Shown: positions 1 through 10,673 of the stretch, in pieces | Layout: every line of letters starts with the position of its first letter | Numbering within the stretch: position 1 is the first letter of the stretch | Assembly: GCA_000934665.2 (NCBI GenBank) | Contig: JYFJ02001139.1 | Location: 62,001 to 89,687 of the forward strand | Source of the DNA: Catajapyx aquilonaris | Lineage: Eukaryota | Reading direction: 5' to 3' | DNA length: 27,687 bases | Program-made: the position numbers and the translations under genes | The notes under the pieces: generated by a model | The model's input: the letters and a program-made list of their open reading frames with translations, nothing else | Told to the model about the DNA's origin: nothing | The model's database searches: none

Positions 1-2262
1 CTCCTGAAGAAGAAGGCAGAATGGGCTGCACACATAAACGAGCCCAGGGCAGCTGCGGATATGTACCTCTCAGCTGGCGAGGTCATCAAAGCCATTGAGA
101 TTCTGGCTGACAATGGATGGGGTGAAGCCTTGGCTGAGGTGACACTACTTAACCTTGCAGTGAGCATCACCAGGGTGACATGAATTATGCTTTTAGGTTG
201 GACGGAAATTGGACGATGGAGACCAAAAGGCCATGACCCTGTGCGCTAAATATCTGCAGCGCCTGGGCATGAAGTCGCAGGCAGTGGAGCTTCGAACCCG
301 GCTGGGGGACATGGAGGGAGTGGTCCGGCTGCATGTGGAAGCCAAGGACTGGGCAGATGCTTTCGTCCTGGCTGAGAAGAACCCGTCTCTCAAGCGTGCG
401 GTTTACGTGCCGTATGCGGAGTGGCTGGCAGAGAACGATAGATTTGTCGAGGCACAGGTTAGGCTACTATGTTAGTGACTTCCCATGCATGCATTGGGAG
501 TTCGTTGGACAGTCCTTACAATCTCCAAGGCACATTTCATCAAAATGTGAAGATGTCTGAAGTGCAGCCAATTGGACAAGGATGTAACTCGCCTGAAATG
601 CCATTTTCAGAAAGCCTTTCATGATGCGGGATGTCCCGAGGAGGCGTTTAGTGTGTTGGAGCAGCTGACAGTTAATGCGGTCACAGAATCACGATTCAAT
701 GACGCAGGCTATTACTACTGGATGCTTTCCATGCAGTGCTTGGATTTAGCTCGGAACAAGTGGGTATTTTTGGGAGTATGCATTTCCATTGCGAATGAAA
801 TTGTCACCGTGCTTGTTTTGCAGCGAGGCAACTCAGAAAGAGATGCTGGAAAAGTTCTACAAAAATCAGCAGCTAGCTGTCATGTATTATGCGTACCACA
901 CAATTCATAGGTACACAGTAAGTATGCATTGTCCTGTAATTGAGTAATGTTGTTTCAAGCCCTGGTCATACACCAACGGAACAAATCAGTTTAAAACGGA
1001 AGTGGAATTATCACGGTTTGAGACTTTCAGGGTGTGATTTCTCCCAATGTTTTTAGGATGAGCCGTTCACAGCGTACATGCCGGAGGCACTGTTCAACAT
1101 ATCACGCTTCTTGTCCCACGAAATAGAGTCTTTGAAACCTCCAGGAATATCAAAGTTGTATCCTTTTGTCTGAAAAATGTGCCAATTTCTCGTAGTTTCT
1201 ATCCCTGCAACCTGATGTCCATTTGACCCTTAACTCGCCTGCTAAACAGCAACATCCTGTATGCCTTGGCAAAGCAGTCACGCACACTGGGAGCATACAA
1301 ACTCTGTCGCCAGACGCTGGATAAGATACACAAGTTGCGGATTCCACGAAGATTTCAGGTACGTGTGACGATGTATGAGGTGTGCCGCCTTTCCTGCAAT
1401 ATGTACAGGCACTATGTAACACTAAGCTCATGAACGCTAAGAGTACATGCGAGAGTTTTTTGATTTTCAGGATAATGTGGACCTGGCTACCTTGTCCATT
1501 CGATCCAAACCGTTCACGGACAGCCTGGACCTGCTGCCGATGTGCTACCGATGCTCCTCAACCGTTCCCTTGCAAGGTCAGCATCAATGTTGTCATTTCC
1601 TCACGCACAGAAATCACTATTTGTCAGCCAACTGACTGGTGCCTTCATGTTTCAGGCAAGGGTAACGAGTGCAACAATTGCGGCCAGCCCCTGGTGCACT
1701 CTTTCGTGTCATTTGAAGCCCTGCCCATGGTGGAGTTCATGATCGAAGACGGAATTAAGGACGAGGAGGCCCAGCGACTGATCGAGATGGCACCAGTCAG
1801 GCTTAAAAGGAAGGGGTCCGCAGACTCCACCGGGGGGATGGGTGGGCCTATGGATGGAGGCGGGGAGAGGCTGAGGCTGGACGGAGGCACAAATGGATTT
1901 GGCATGAACAACAGGCTCGGATGGGAAGGGATGAGCGACGGGACGACCGGCCCCGTGATCCTGAACAAAGAGGGTCTCTCCAAGCTGGAGCCCTCGGACA
2001 TTGTCATCTGTCGCTGGCCACCCCCGCTCAGGTGGAGGTTCTACAAGAATGCGATGCCTGATATTATTGTGGTGCACTGTGAGGCCTGTAACAAGGTAGG
2101 AAGAATCACATCTTGCTATTTATTTTTAAATTTAATAACAATTGCGCCCATTTTTTGCAGATGTTCCATGCGGATGACTATGAGCTCCAGGTGCTGCAGA
2201 AGGGCCACTGCCCATTCTGCCGTTCTGAACGAAAGACGTCGGGTCCAATTCCAGGGGTGTGA
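1..2262 (+). CDS. IFT122: Intraflagellar transport protein 122 (IFT-A complex, WDR10), 3' portion, 5'-partial, multi-exon
   Basis: Predicted exons 1-138, 197-457, 611-759, 824-917, 1057-1157, 1250-1358, 1471-1576, 1656-2095 and 2161-2262 join in frame through GT-AG introns. Peptides typical of IFT122: [111 protein letters not shown], and the C-terminal Cys cluster [27 protein letters not shown]. Stop TGA at 2260-2262. Confidence 0.95.
1158..1249 (+). other. U12-type (minor spliceosome) GT-AG intron in IFT122
   Basis: 5' splice site GTATCCTTTT matches the U12 consensus RTATCCTTT. Branch point CCCTTAAC at 1227-1234 (U12 consensus TCCTTAAC) lies 15 nt before the end of the intron (AG at 1248-1249), with no polypyrimidine tract. 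Removing the intron gives the in-frame peptide [15 protein letters not shown]. Confidence 0.85.
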
Positions 2263-2266
2263 AGCA

Positions 2267-2322
2267 CCAGATAAAATTCCGTCACCGATAAAATTCCTTC
2301 ACCGATAAAATTCCTTCACCGA
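2267..2322 (+). repeat. Tandem repeat of about 3 copies of a 17-bp unit (CCGATAAAATTCCTTCA) at the start of the IFT122 3' UTR
   Basis: Sequence reads ccagataaaattccgtca-ccgataaaattccttca-ccgataaaattccttca-ccga. Confidence 0.85.
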
Positions 2323-2523
2323 ATGCACCATATTTATTGTTGTACAGTGGGTGGGAAATGTACAGAGCACTCCAAAGCTGACGTTTCTGCTGTACAGCTG
2401 CTTTTAGTGTATCTGCAGATAAGGAAAGTCTAGCCACGTGCACTGTCCGACACCAGTGCTCAACTGGAGACCAGTGTTAGTGTTCGTAGTGACTTCAATT
2501 GATTATTTCAATTACTGTCATAC

Positions 2524-2529
2524 AATAAA
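2524..2529 (+). promoter_or_regulatory. Probable polyadenylation signal of IFT122
   Basis: AATAAA about 260 nt after the stop codon, with GT-rich sequence further downstream (gtgtggtttgttgtgttt). Confidence 0.5.
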
Positions 2530-2991
2530 CGCAGTTGCTACCTGAAATTTTTATAAGGTGCTGCCCAAGTGTGGTTTGTTGTGTTTCCAATGTGCATATG
2601 ATTGCAAGCACAGTGTGTTATTCTCTGTAACGAAACAATTCCGTCCTTTATGTCGCATTAATCACTTCAACCTGTGTTACACATGACCAATCTGCAGTGC
2701 GCTATAGCGGTTGTGCAGTATGAATTGTGATTATTTTCTTATATGTTTGGGGATATTTTTTGGCTAATCAACTTTTTTGCCGCTGGCGGGACAGTCATTA
2801 CCGACGTGCAACTTGGACAAGAAATACCCTTATTTTTGGTTGAAGAATTGTCATTATGCAGATCTTTCGTGCCTATCTGACCTTCACGTAGGTACAGTAC
2901 ACGTGCACATTTTGAACCAATACATGTACTGCACCTGCGGCCAACTGATATTAAATGTGCACTGTTTTGATTTTTATTATGATATAACTCA

Positions 2992-3073
2992 CCCCAAGCA
3001 GCACAGTAACATCCTATGGATATCATATTCCGATATCCATAGGATGTCCCAGGGCCTTTCGTGGAACTAGGGG
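2992..3073. mobile_element. Small palindromic MITE-like relic
   Basis: Perfect 16-bp inverted repeat ACATCCTATGGATATC (3009-3024) / GATATCCATAGGATGT (3032-3047) with a 7-nt loop. Outer ends CCCCAAGCAGCAC and GTGGAACTAGGGG are imperfectly inverted. Confidence 0.45.
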
Positions 3074-3193
3074 CAGTTCAGCACATTCCGTCCATTTGAA
3101 CCAAATTGTAGTATTGAAAGTGTATAAATAAATTTTATAGATACATATTGTCTTTCACTGGTACTTGTGGTGTCATTATCTGTAAATATAAAT

Positions 3194-3519
3194 AGGGCAG
3201 CATGGCGGTCTAGTGGTTATGCCACTGGCCAGCGAAGCGGGAGGCCGGGGTTCAATCCCGTCCCCGTCACCTCTGCTTGGCCTTTCCGCTTTTCCCCCGA
3301 CATGCCGGGGCAGAATTGCATTCCCTACTCTGCCCAGGGCCAGGAGAAAAGGTCTGGTGTATTTCAGAAAGTCAGAAATGACTATAATACATTGCACTCC
3401 CTACTCTGCCCAGGGCCAGGAGAAAAGGTCTGGTGTATTTCAGAAAGTCAGAAATGACTATAATTACAGCGCCCTCCCTTGGCCCCGCACTATCACGGGG
3501 TAAATTTAATTAATTAATT
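3194..3519 (+). mobile_element. tRNA-derived SINE (family A), full length, with an internal 76-bp tandem duplication
   Basis: Pol III A box TGGCGGTCTAGTGG and B box GGTTCAATCCC. (TTAA)n tail. Candidate 9-bp TSD AATATAAAT at 3185-3193 and 3520-3528. The body matches a second copy at 26093-26336. The unit 3315-3390 is repeated at 3391-3464. Confidence 0.85.
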
Positions 3520-3799
3520 AATATAAATTTCGTACGTATGTGGCGCTGTAGGCATAGGCGGACGGAAGGCGAACTAAGCAGAGAGAGGCTGTCCACATGG
3601 CCATAATGCGTAATCCCATCCCTTGTGTCCTCCTCCTCCAGTTGGTGACCTTTGTTTGTGTGCTGGTCAGGCAAGGGTCATGTTGCAGACGCCTGCCCCT
3701 GCCCAGCTCTAGCCTGGACCACGGTAAGTGGGGGGCCCACAGGCTGCATGGGTGTGGCGCATTCCATTCTCTCCTCACGTTGCAGGCGTGTGAATCAAG

Positions 3800-6700
3800 A
3801 TGGACAGCAACCCTTTCATGAACTTCTTCGGCGAGGGATGGGCGCAGAAGGTCAAGCTGCCTGGAGGGATGCGCCTGCCCGTGGGCCAGGAGGAGGTCCC
3901 GGAGGAGGACAACGAGCCCACTCGGCAGGCGGGGGTGGACTACGCCAGGCCTTACATTGAGAAGGACCTGGAGATGATGATGCAGTCGGAAGTACGCAAC
4001 CCGCACGTGCTCTGATGGCAGGGGCCCACTCACACTCTCTGCCCGTTTCAGGAGGTGGACGACTACGAGGCGGACGAGGAGGGTCCGCCAGTACTGGACG
4101 CCAGGGTGGACCCCTCGGATCTGCCCTTCCCTTTGCAGAGCCTGCACTTGAACTCCCTGGACACCGTTAAGGACAAGGGCCATCTCCCCATAATGGACTA
4201 CAAGGACGACATACTCAACGAAATGGAGGACAACAGCTTCCTGATCCTCAAGGGGTATACCGGAAGCGGGAAGTCAACGCAAGCCCCGCAGTTTGTGCTG
4301 GATTACTGCTACGAGAACAGGAAGCCCTGCAACATTATTGTGACGCAGCCAAGGCGTCTTGCCGCCAAGAGCTTGGCCAAGCGGGTCGCAATCGAGAGGA
4401 ACTGGGACCTTGGCACCATTGTCGGATACCAGGTGATCATTTCGTTCACTGTCAGATGCAGTCGTATGTGAACATGCTTTAAGGCCGCTTCACAAACTAG
4501 GCGTTGTGAACACGGGGCGAAATGCCTGTTTTACGAACTCTGCACGAGCGGAAAATTTGCTAATGGCCATTCACAAATGCTGCTTGCGATGACCGAGCAT
4601 GGGCGTTGCGCTGGCGTCCAACCGGGTGGACTTTATGCGTGCGATGAGCAGAAGGCCCACACGCTCCGCTTTCGCAACTCCGAGTTTGTGAAGCGGCGTT
4701 TAGCCGCGGAGCATAGAATAATCACACTTGTATTCTTGCAGGTGGGCCTAGACCACAAGGTGTCACCGGACACGAGACTAACGTATTGCACCACTGGTGT
4801 GTTGCTGCAAAAGATCATCCAGAAGAAGACCGTGTCCATGTTCTCGCACATATTTCTGGACGAGGTGCACGAGAGGGATAAGGACATGGACATTGTTATG
4901 CTCATGCTACGGAGGCTGCTGCACACTGTCTCACGAGGAGTCAAAGTACATTTTTGTTGTGCGTCTCTTAGACAAATTCGCATGCTGACAGCCACTGTTT
5001 ATTCCAGGTGGTCATCATGTCAGCCACGATTGATGTCCAGCAGTTTTCTGAATACTTTGCATGGCCGAGAGACGGCCAGATGGTTCCTGCTCCAGTGGTT
5101 GAGATCACCAAGCCCACCAACATTGCATGTACGATTCACTACTTGGAGAATCTGAAGGATTTGGGAGCCGGGGTCAGTGATGCGCTTGCCTTTCTCTTGT
5201 AAAGCACTTAAAGCACTTGTAATTTCTCTATTTTTCTCCATAGGACATGCCTGAAATGAGCCCAGATCAACCGAGACTCCACAAAGAAGTCGTGGATATC
5301 GCTGTGAACTTGGTGAAGGTGATGGACATTATTGAGATGACGGAGGAGCGGATTGCGACCAATGCGGGTGATGCAGACGCTGCAGAGGGTCTCCAGCCAA
5401 GGTTTCCCCGAAAGAGAGGTGCCGTCTTGATATTTCTCCCTGGACTCCACGAGATAGAGATGATGATGAGAGCCCTGGAACGGAAGGAGGAGGAAGAGTT
5501 GAGGAATCGTGTTGTCATGAAGTGGTGGCTACTCCCTCTCCACTCCAGCGTAACTGACAAGGAACAAAACGAGGTTTTTCGCTCCAGACCAGGTTACAGG
5601 AAGATCATATTGGCCACCAACATTGCAGAGAGCTCCATTACAGTCACGGACATAAGCATTGGTAAGTCCTACTTAACTGCATTGCCACCACTGCATAAAA
5701 CCGCTAAATTATTCTTCGGCAGTGATCGACTTCTGCTTGACGAAAAATGTGAAGACTGACCCTGAGACCAACCTCTCCCGCCTTTGCCTGGAGTGGGCCG
5801 CCAAGAGCAACTGCATGCAGAGGGCCGGACGTGCCGGACGAGTAGCCTCTGGAAGAGTGTATCGATTGCTGCCCAAGAAATTTTTCTTGAACCATTTGAC
5901 AGAGTACCCAGTTTGCGAGATGCTCCGTTCGCCACTGGTCGACGTTGTGTTGCACCTGAAGCTGATTCAAATGGAGGAGGAGCCTGAGGCCCTGCTCGCT
6001 CTGGCTATGGATGCACCGGACCTCTCACAAATCAAGACCAGCATTTTGATTCTCCAGGAGGTTCGTTTTGACTTCATGTCCACATGCGGACTGGCGTTCC
6101 AATAAGCATGTCGACTAATTTGATTAGTTTACATGAGTAACGCCATGCTGGCTAATTATGAATCTGTAGGATTATGTTGTCTCCACCAGACGATACTGAA
6201 TTCTGAATTTGTACAGGCTGGAGCATTGACCAGAACAATGGACTTCACCAGTGGGAGACTGACATTCCTTGGCTACGTCATGGCTAACCTTCCTCTCGAT
6301 ATACACATCTCCAAACTGATTGTTTTGGGTTACCTGTTCAACTTGATGGATGACTGCATCAAGATAGGTATTGCGTTTGACTTTTGGTGCCCGTTTTTAT
6401 TTATAACCAAAGCTATGTTGCAGGAGCTGCTCTGAACCTGAGAAGCCCTTTCAGCACACCTTTCCGCAAAATGATGCGAGCGTACCAGAATAAGCTCTAT
6501 TGGGCCTCCAACTCCTACAGCGATTGTATTGCGATGCTCTTGGCTCACCTTGTAAGTGTACCTGTCGCGGTGAAGTTGTACTCGGATTTAATCGGACGTC
6601 CTTTTAGACTTGGGAGAGGAAGAAGGCTGCGGGGCACTTCAGCACCCGAACTGGCACTGAGGAGACGGACTGGTGCAACCAAGTCTTCCTTCAGAGGCGT

Positions 6701-9700
6701 GTGTTGGAAGAGCAGGCCACTCTGGTCGAGGAGCTGAGGGTCAAGCTGAAGAAGATGGGGCTAGGAAGTTACTCGTCCATTAACCCGACTATGTGGACGG
6801 ATAGCGAGAAGTCCTTGCTCCTTAAGGTAATTGGAGATTTGATCCCATACGAGTGATTTATCAGCTTAGCGAAAGTAACTATTTTTCACCCCAAACAATT
6901 GGTCGAATCACTCGAATGTACACGCGACTGTATGGTCCAACTACGGGAAGGTGTAACCAGCCCCACTTTCCAGATAATCATTGCTGGAGCATTTTACCCG
7001 CACTACTACTTGCGGAGCAACATCGATGAGATGGACGCTGTGAAGGCGCTCCTAGGGAAGGACCCCAGATCCACCATACTGCTGACTGGAATGCCCAGTG
7101 AGCATCCAGGCTTCCTGTACATACCAGCAATCAAGGAGTACTTTGCGGGATGTGCTCCGTCCATGGATGTGACTTTGAATGGGTCGAGGTCAGCGTTTTA
7201 TTAACAAATTGCACACATAATATGCCTTGTACTGGTCATTCAATTTCTTATCAAACATCATTCACTTCCTTCGTCTTAGTCCAACAGCCGTAAGATTCTT
7301 GGATTGCGGACGCTCCTATCAATTGACCCAGCCAATCGCACATTTCCTTTTACGTTAATGTTATAATCTCGAGTCACTTGGGCTGACATTTACCACCAAA
7401 TGCATGCCACTTTTACTGTCCTACTAGTCGTCACATAATCACTGTCTTTGCAGGGTGTTGGTGGAGTTCCCTTTGTTGAACCCGGAGGAGTTATTTCCAG
7501 ACAAGATTTCACCTGGGGTGTACAAAGCGATGCGTCTGAGGCAGCTTCAGGGCAAACTGAAATTCCCACTTCTATCGTAAGTAACTAGGTACGTTAGATG
7601 TTTCCGGCAGGCATTTAATAAGTGGCGCGTGTTTTGCAGGTTGAAAGAGGCGAATAGGCAAGCAGAGGATTTCAAGATGAGAGCAGAGGAGGAGAGAAGG
7701 GCCAAGGAGTGGTATTGCCCACCTCAGACGCACATACCCACCATCACTGAAAATACATTCGAGGTCGAGGTCTGCCATGTAAGTAGTCACAATGGATCAT
7801 GTACGTCTCAGATGTCCGCAAGCGTAAGAAAATTGCGGATTTGCACAACTGACAGGGACGAGGAAAAATCCGACCAAAATTTGATTGGTCACTTTTTCTC
7901 GATGTTAAGCAGAAAATAGTGGATATGTAACCCCAAATTGGCAAAAATAACGCAATTGTTAAATTACAGTGTCAGGTAATATTTCTTTGAACAATTTATT
8001 GCAGATGGATAATCCCTGGCAATTTTGGGTGCAGCTCAGGCCGAACCTTCGTGCCTTGAAGGAACTGGAGCGTCTCCTTGGCAAGCATTTCCACCACTTT
8101 GAGCCCCTGAAGGGAGCTCCCATTCCTGGCAGACTGTACCTGGCGCCGTATGGTCGCGAGCAGAAGAATCTCTTTCGTGTTCAGGTCCTAGAAGTCTATG
8201 ATGAACCACAGCTGCCAACGGCTCAGGTAAGCTGAATCCGGATTCATTAGTGTGTATTTAAATTACCTTTTTTTTCACCTTCAAGGTGTGTTACCTGGAT
8301 TATGGAACCACCACAACAATTCCAGTGTCAGAGCTGGTGGTGGTTCCGGAGACGGGACCGCAGAAGCTGGGACCCCACCTGAGATGGTGGGACAAGGGAA
8401 TCCCCGACAAGTACGACCTGAAGTCTTTACTGTCCGCGCTCAGGATGATGCCGTGCGTGGCCATCCAGTGCAGCTTGGCGGAGGTGGCGCCAAATCCCGT
8501 CACCTCAGAGAGTGGCAAGTGGCATCAAGGTGCCCGCGATTATTTCTCGAAAATGACGCTTCGCAAGGTGGCCTTTGCCAAGGTCTTCTCCGTTGTTCAC
8601 AACATCATGATTGTCGATCTGCTGCTCCCAAAGCATGAGGTTAGTATAAATACTTTCAACTTTTTAGAGGCAGTCACTTCTGTGCGAGTTAACAGACCAT
8701 TAATCGGGAATGGCCTTGTCGCCCTGCAGCAATTTTAACAGAAGGAAGCGTCTCATTGTTGGCACTCCTTTTGCTGGGACGGCGGCAGTGGCGTTTGCCG
8801 GAAAGCAGCAAAGATTTTAACTGTCCTTTGCTTGTCATTTCAGAACCGTGACCCATCCGTGTATGAACGTGACTGCTACAATATCGGCACAGAACTCATC
8901 CTTAGAGGTTATGCAGTCCGTGCGGAGGAGAACTATCTCTCCAAAGCCAACCACGCTTTAAGGAGCGGGGATTACGGCAGAGATTCCAACAAGGACTCGA
9001 CGTACAATGCGGCACAGAGAGCAAGTGTGGATCCCTACACGTATTTCCATAAGGATTCCATGGGTGACTATGATCAGGTGATCAAGAAGATAGAAAACAA
9101 GGTGAGTTGTCGTAGGGCACGTTACAAAGGGAGCTGCCTGGTATTGATAAACGTGATCTCTTTCAGCGTGAGGTGGTCCTGAATGGGCCAGAGTCGCCCT
9201 TGGAACTGAAGCTGTACAGTCCCCTATACATGGCTGACGCAATGAAAGTGTCTGTGGCGAGTGACTCTGTCAACTCCGTACTACTGGACAGCAATCCTAG
9301 CGACCCCCACAGCTGCCTGCTGGTGGCCTGCGAAGTTAACGCCAGCCGAGACGGCAAAAACTTGCTGCTCAAACAGACTTCGCTGCTGCCGTCCATACCA
9401 GGACTTGCGGCCTTGGTTGCCCTTCTCTTTTCTCCCGTGGCCGAGCTCCGAACAGACGAACATGGCACCAGTTACACTGGGGCTCTCTGTGGACTTGGCT
9501 ACAATAAAGAGACACGGAAAGCACACTTCCGCGATCACGACATGGTTCTATGGTTTGATGTGATCATCGATCAAAAGGACATTGAAATGGTGAGTGTGGT
9601 TGTTTGATCATGGCAGATGCCATTAACTGTTTAATTTCAGATCAATTCCATCCGACTCAACATGAGCAGTGTCCTCAGGATGGAGCCTGACGAGGTCGGG

Positions 9701-10396
9701 ATTGCCGTAGGACGTGACGAATTGAGGGTGATTCAGCTTTACCTGAAGGACTTGCTGTTTGGGTCAGTACAATTGGGCGAGTTGTAGGCAAAGCGTTTCG
9801 TTTTTTTTTTTTTAAATATTAATTTAGGCCCGTTTCAATTTGCAGGAATCAGAGTCATCCAGATCCCGAGCTTCAGTTTGGGTAAGTAAACCTTTCTTGC
9901 GGATGATCTTGACGAGTCTATTGCGAGAACTCTTTCCGTTTGTTCCAGTGTTTTGAATCGACCACGACAGTCAACGTTCGTGAAAAACTCTCGCCATCCT
10001 TACAAGTGGAATCAGAACAGTTCGAGAGAGCTGATCAACAGTAACTCGGAGGACGTAAACAAGAAGCTTGTGTACCCAGGGCACAGTTACTTTGAGCTGA
10101 ACAAGCCTGGTCCGGAGCAGCTGAAGAAGACCCAGGAGAACCTGAAGAAGCTGCACTCCAATTCCAACGAGTTGGTTCCATTTTCCCCCTTTAATTGGTA
10201 ATGAGCTTGTCGACATTGGAAGTGACACTTTTGTCTTCTTTGCAGGACGCACGCATGTGTGAACATTGTCTGCAGCTTGTGCGGCAACTGGCTCCAACGC
10301 TGCCTGGACATCTACCTTCATCTGGAGACGACTCGGCACGTTGAAAATGAGGCCGCCTTTTACAGGGACAATCATATTGGAAAGGAAAAGCCGTAA
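3800..10396 (+). CDS. spn-E: ATP-dependent RNA helicase spindle-E / TDRD9 (DEVH helicase, HA2, Tudor, C-terminal C2H2 zinc finger), piRNA pathway
   Basis: Predicted exons 3800-3991, 4052-4432, 4742-4945, 5008-5172, 5244-5661, 5723-6060, 6217-6367, 6424-6551, 6608-6826, 6974-7188, 7454-7576, 7640-7778, 8005-8226, 8286-8639, 8844-9101, 9167-9589, 9641-9762, (9846-9881), 9949-10170, 10246-10396 total 4461 nt in one frame. Intact helicase motifs GYTGSGKST, TQPRRLAA, TTGVLL, DEVHERD, MSAT, LIFLPG, ATNIAESSIT, QRAGRAGR. spn-E-specific blocks IIAGAFYPHY, LNGPESPLE, SVNSVLLD, LLPSIPGLAALVALLFSPVAELR, TGALCGLG. Tudor YLDYG. C-terminal CSLC...HLETTRH. Confidence 0.95.
4482..4699. mobile_element. PIF/Harbinger (Tourist-like) MITE in spn-E intron 2
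   Basis: TIRs AGGCCGCTTCACAAACT and AGTTTGTGAAGCGGCGT (1 mismatch in 17, imperfect to about 38 bp). 3-bp TSD TTA at 4479-4481 and 4700-4702. It accounts for this intron being much longer (309 nt) than its neighbours. Confidence 0.8.
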
Positions 10397-10591
10397 AGAA
10401 AAATTAATGGTTGGCAACCATTATGTTTACACAAGACTTAAGTTTGTACATTTATTCAGAATGACTTTTGTTTTAATTTCTAATCGTTCCGTTTATTTTG
10501 TGGAATAAAGAGAGAGTTTGACGAATACATGTTGTGTTAATATAAATTGCACTGGAAGCTACAATGAATTGCGTTCGCAACTGCTGTTGAC

Positions 10592-10605
10592 GTTGCTAGG
10601 GAAGC
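10592..10605 (+). promoter_or_regulatory. Imperfect X-box (RFX site) candidate upstream of CFAP70
   Basis: GTTGCTAGGGAAGC about 70-80 nt upstream of the ATG of a ciliary gene. The first half-site fits; the second is degenerate. Confidence 0.35.
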
Positions 10606-10673
10606 AGGCTATCATCTAGTCTTGATGCGGAAGGAACGAGCGGGACAGTTCGTGAGTCGCTTTGCTCCCAACG

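Noticed and set aside
1382..2308. 308-aa ORF as a stand-alone gene
   Set aside because: It runs through introns; only 1656-2095 is in the true IFT122 frame.
3194..3268. Possible tRNA gene
   Set aside because: A and B boxes are present, but the anticodon arm is degenerate and a repeated body, tail and TSD follow. It is a SINE head.
3315..3464. Direct repeats suggestive of a CRISPR array
   Set aside because: Two adjacent 76-bp units with no spacers, inside a eukaryotic SINE.
3167..3503. ORFs with repeated peptides (PYSAQGQEKRSGVFQKVRNDYN), also at 26069-26272
   Set aside because: They are translations of the SINE body and its duplication, not real proteins.
4013..4015. In-frame TGA early in spn-E, suggesting a pseudogene, selenocysteine or readthrough
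   Set aside because: It lies within the GT-AG intron 3992-4051; splicing restores the frame.
3518..4183. 221-aa minus-strand ORF and similar antisense ORFs (e.g. 12869-13171, 17064-18249)
   Set aside because: These are antisense shadows of GC-rich coding exons, with no ATG context or recognisable motifs.
3800..10396. Helicase plus TPR plus coiled-coil arrangement read as a prokaryotic defence operon
   Set aside because: Spliceosomal introns occur throughout and the genes are recognisable metazoan ones; there is no operon evidence.
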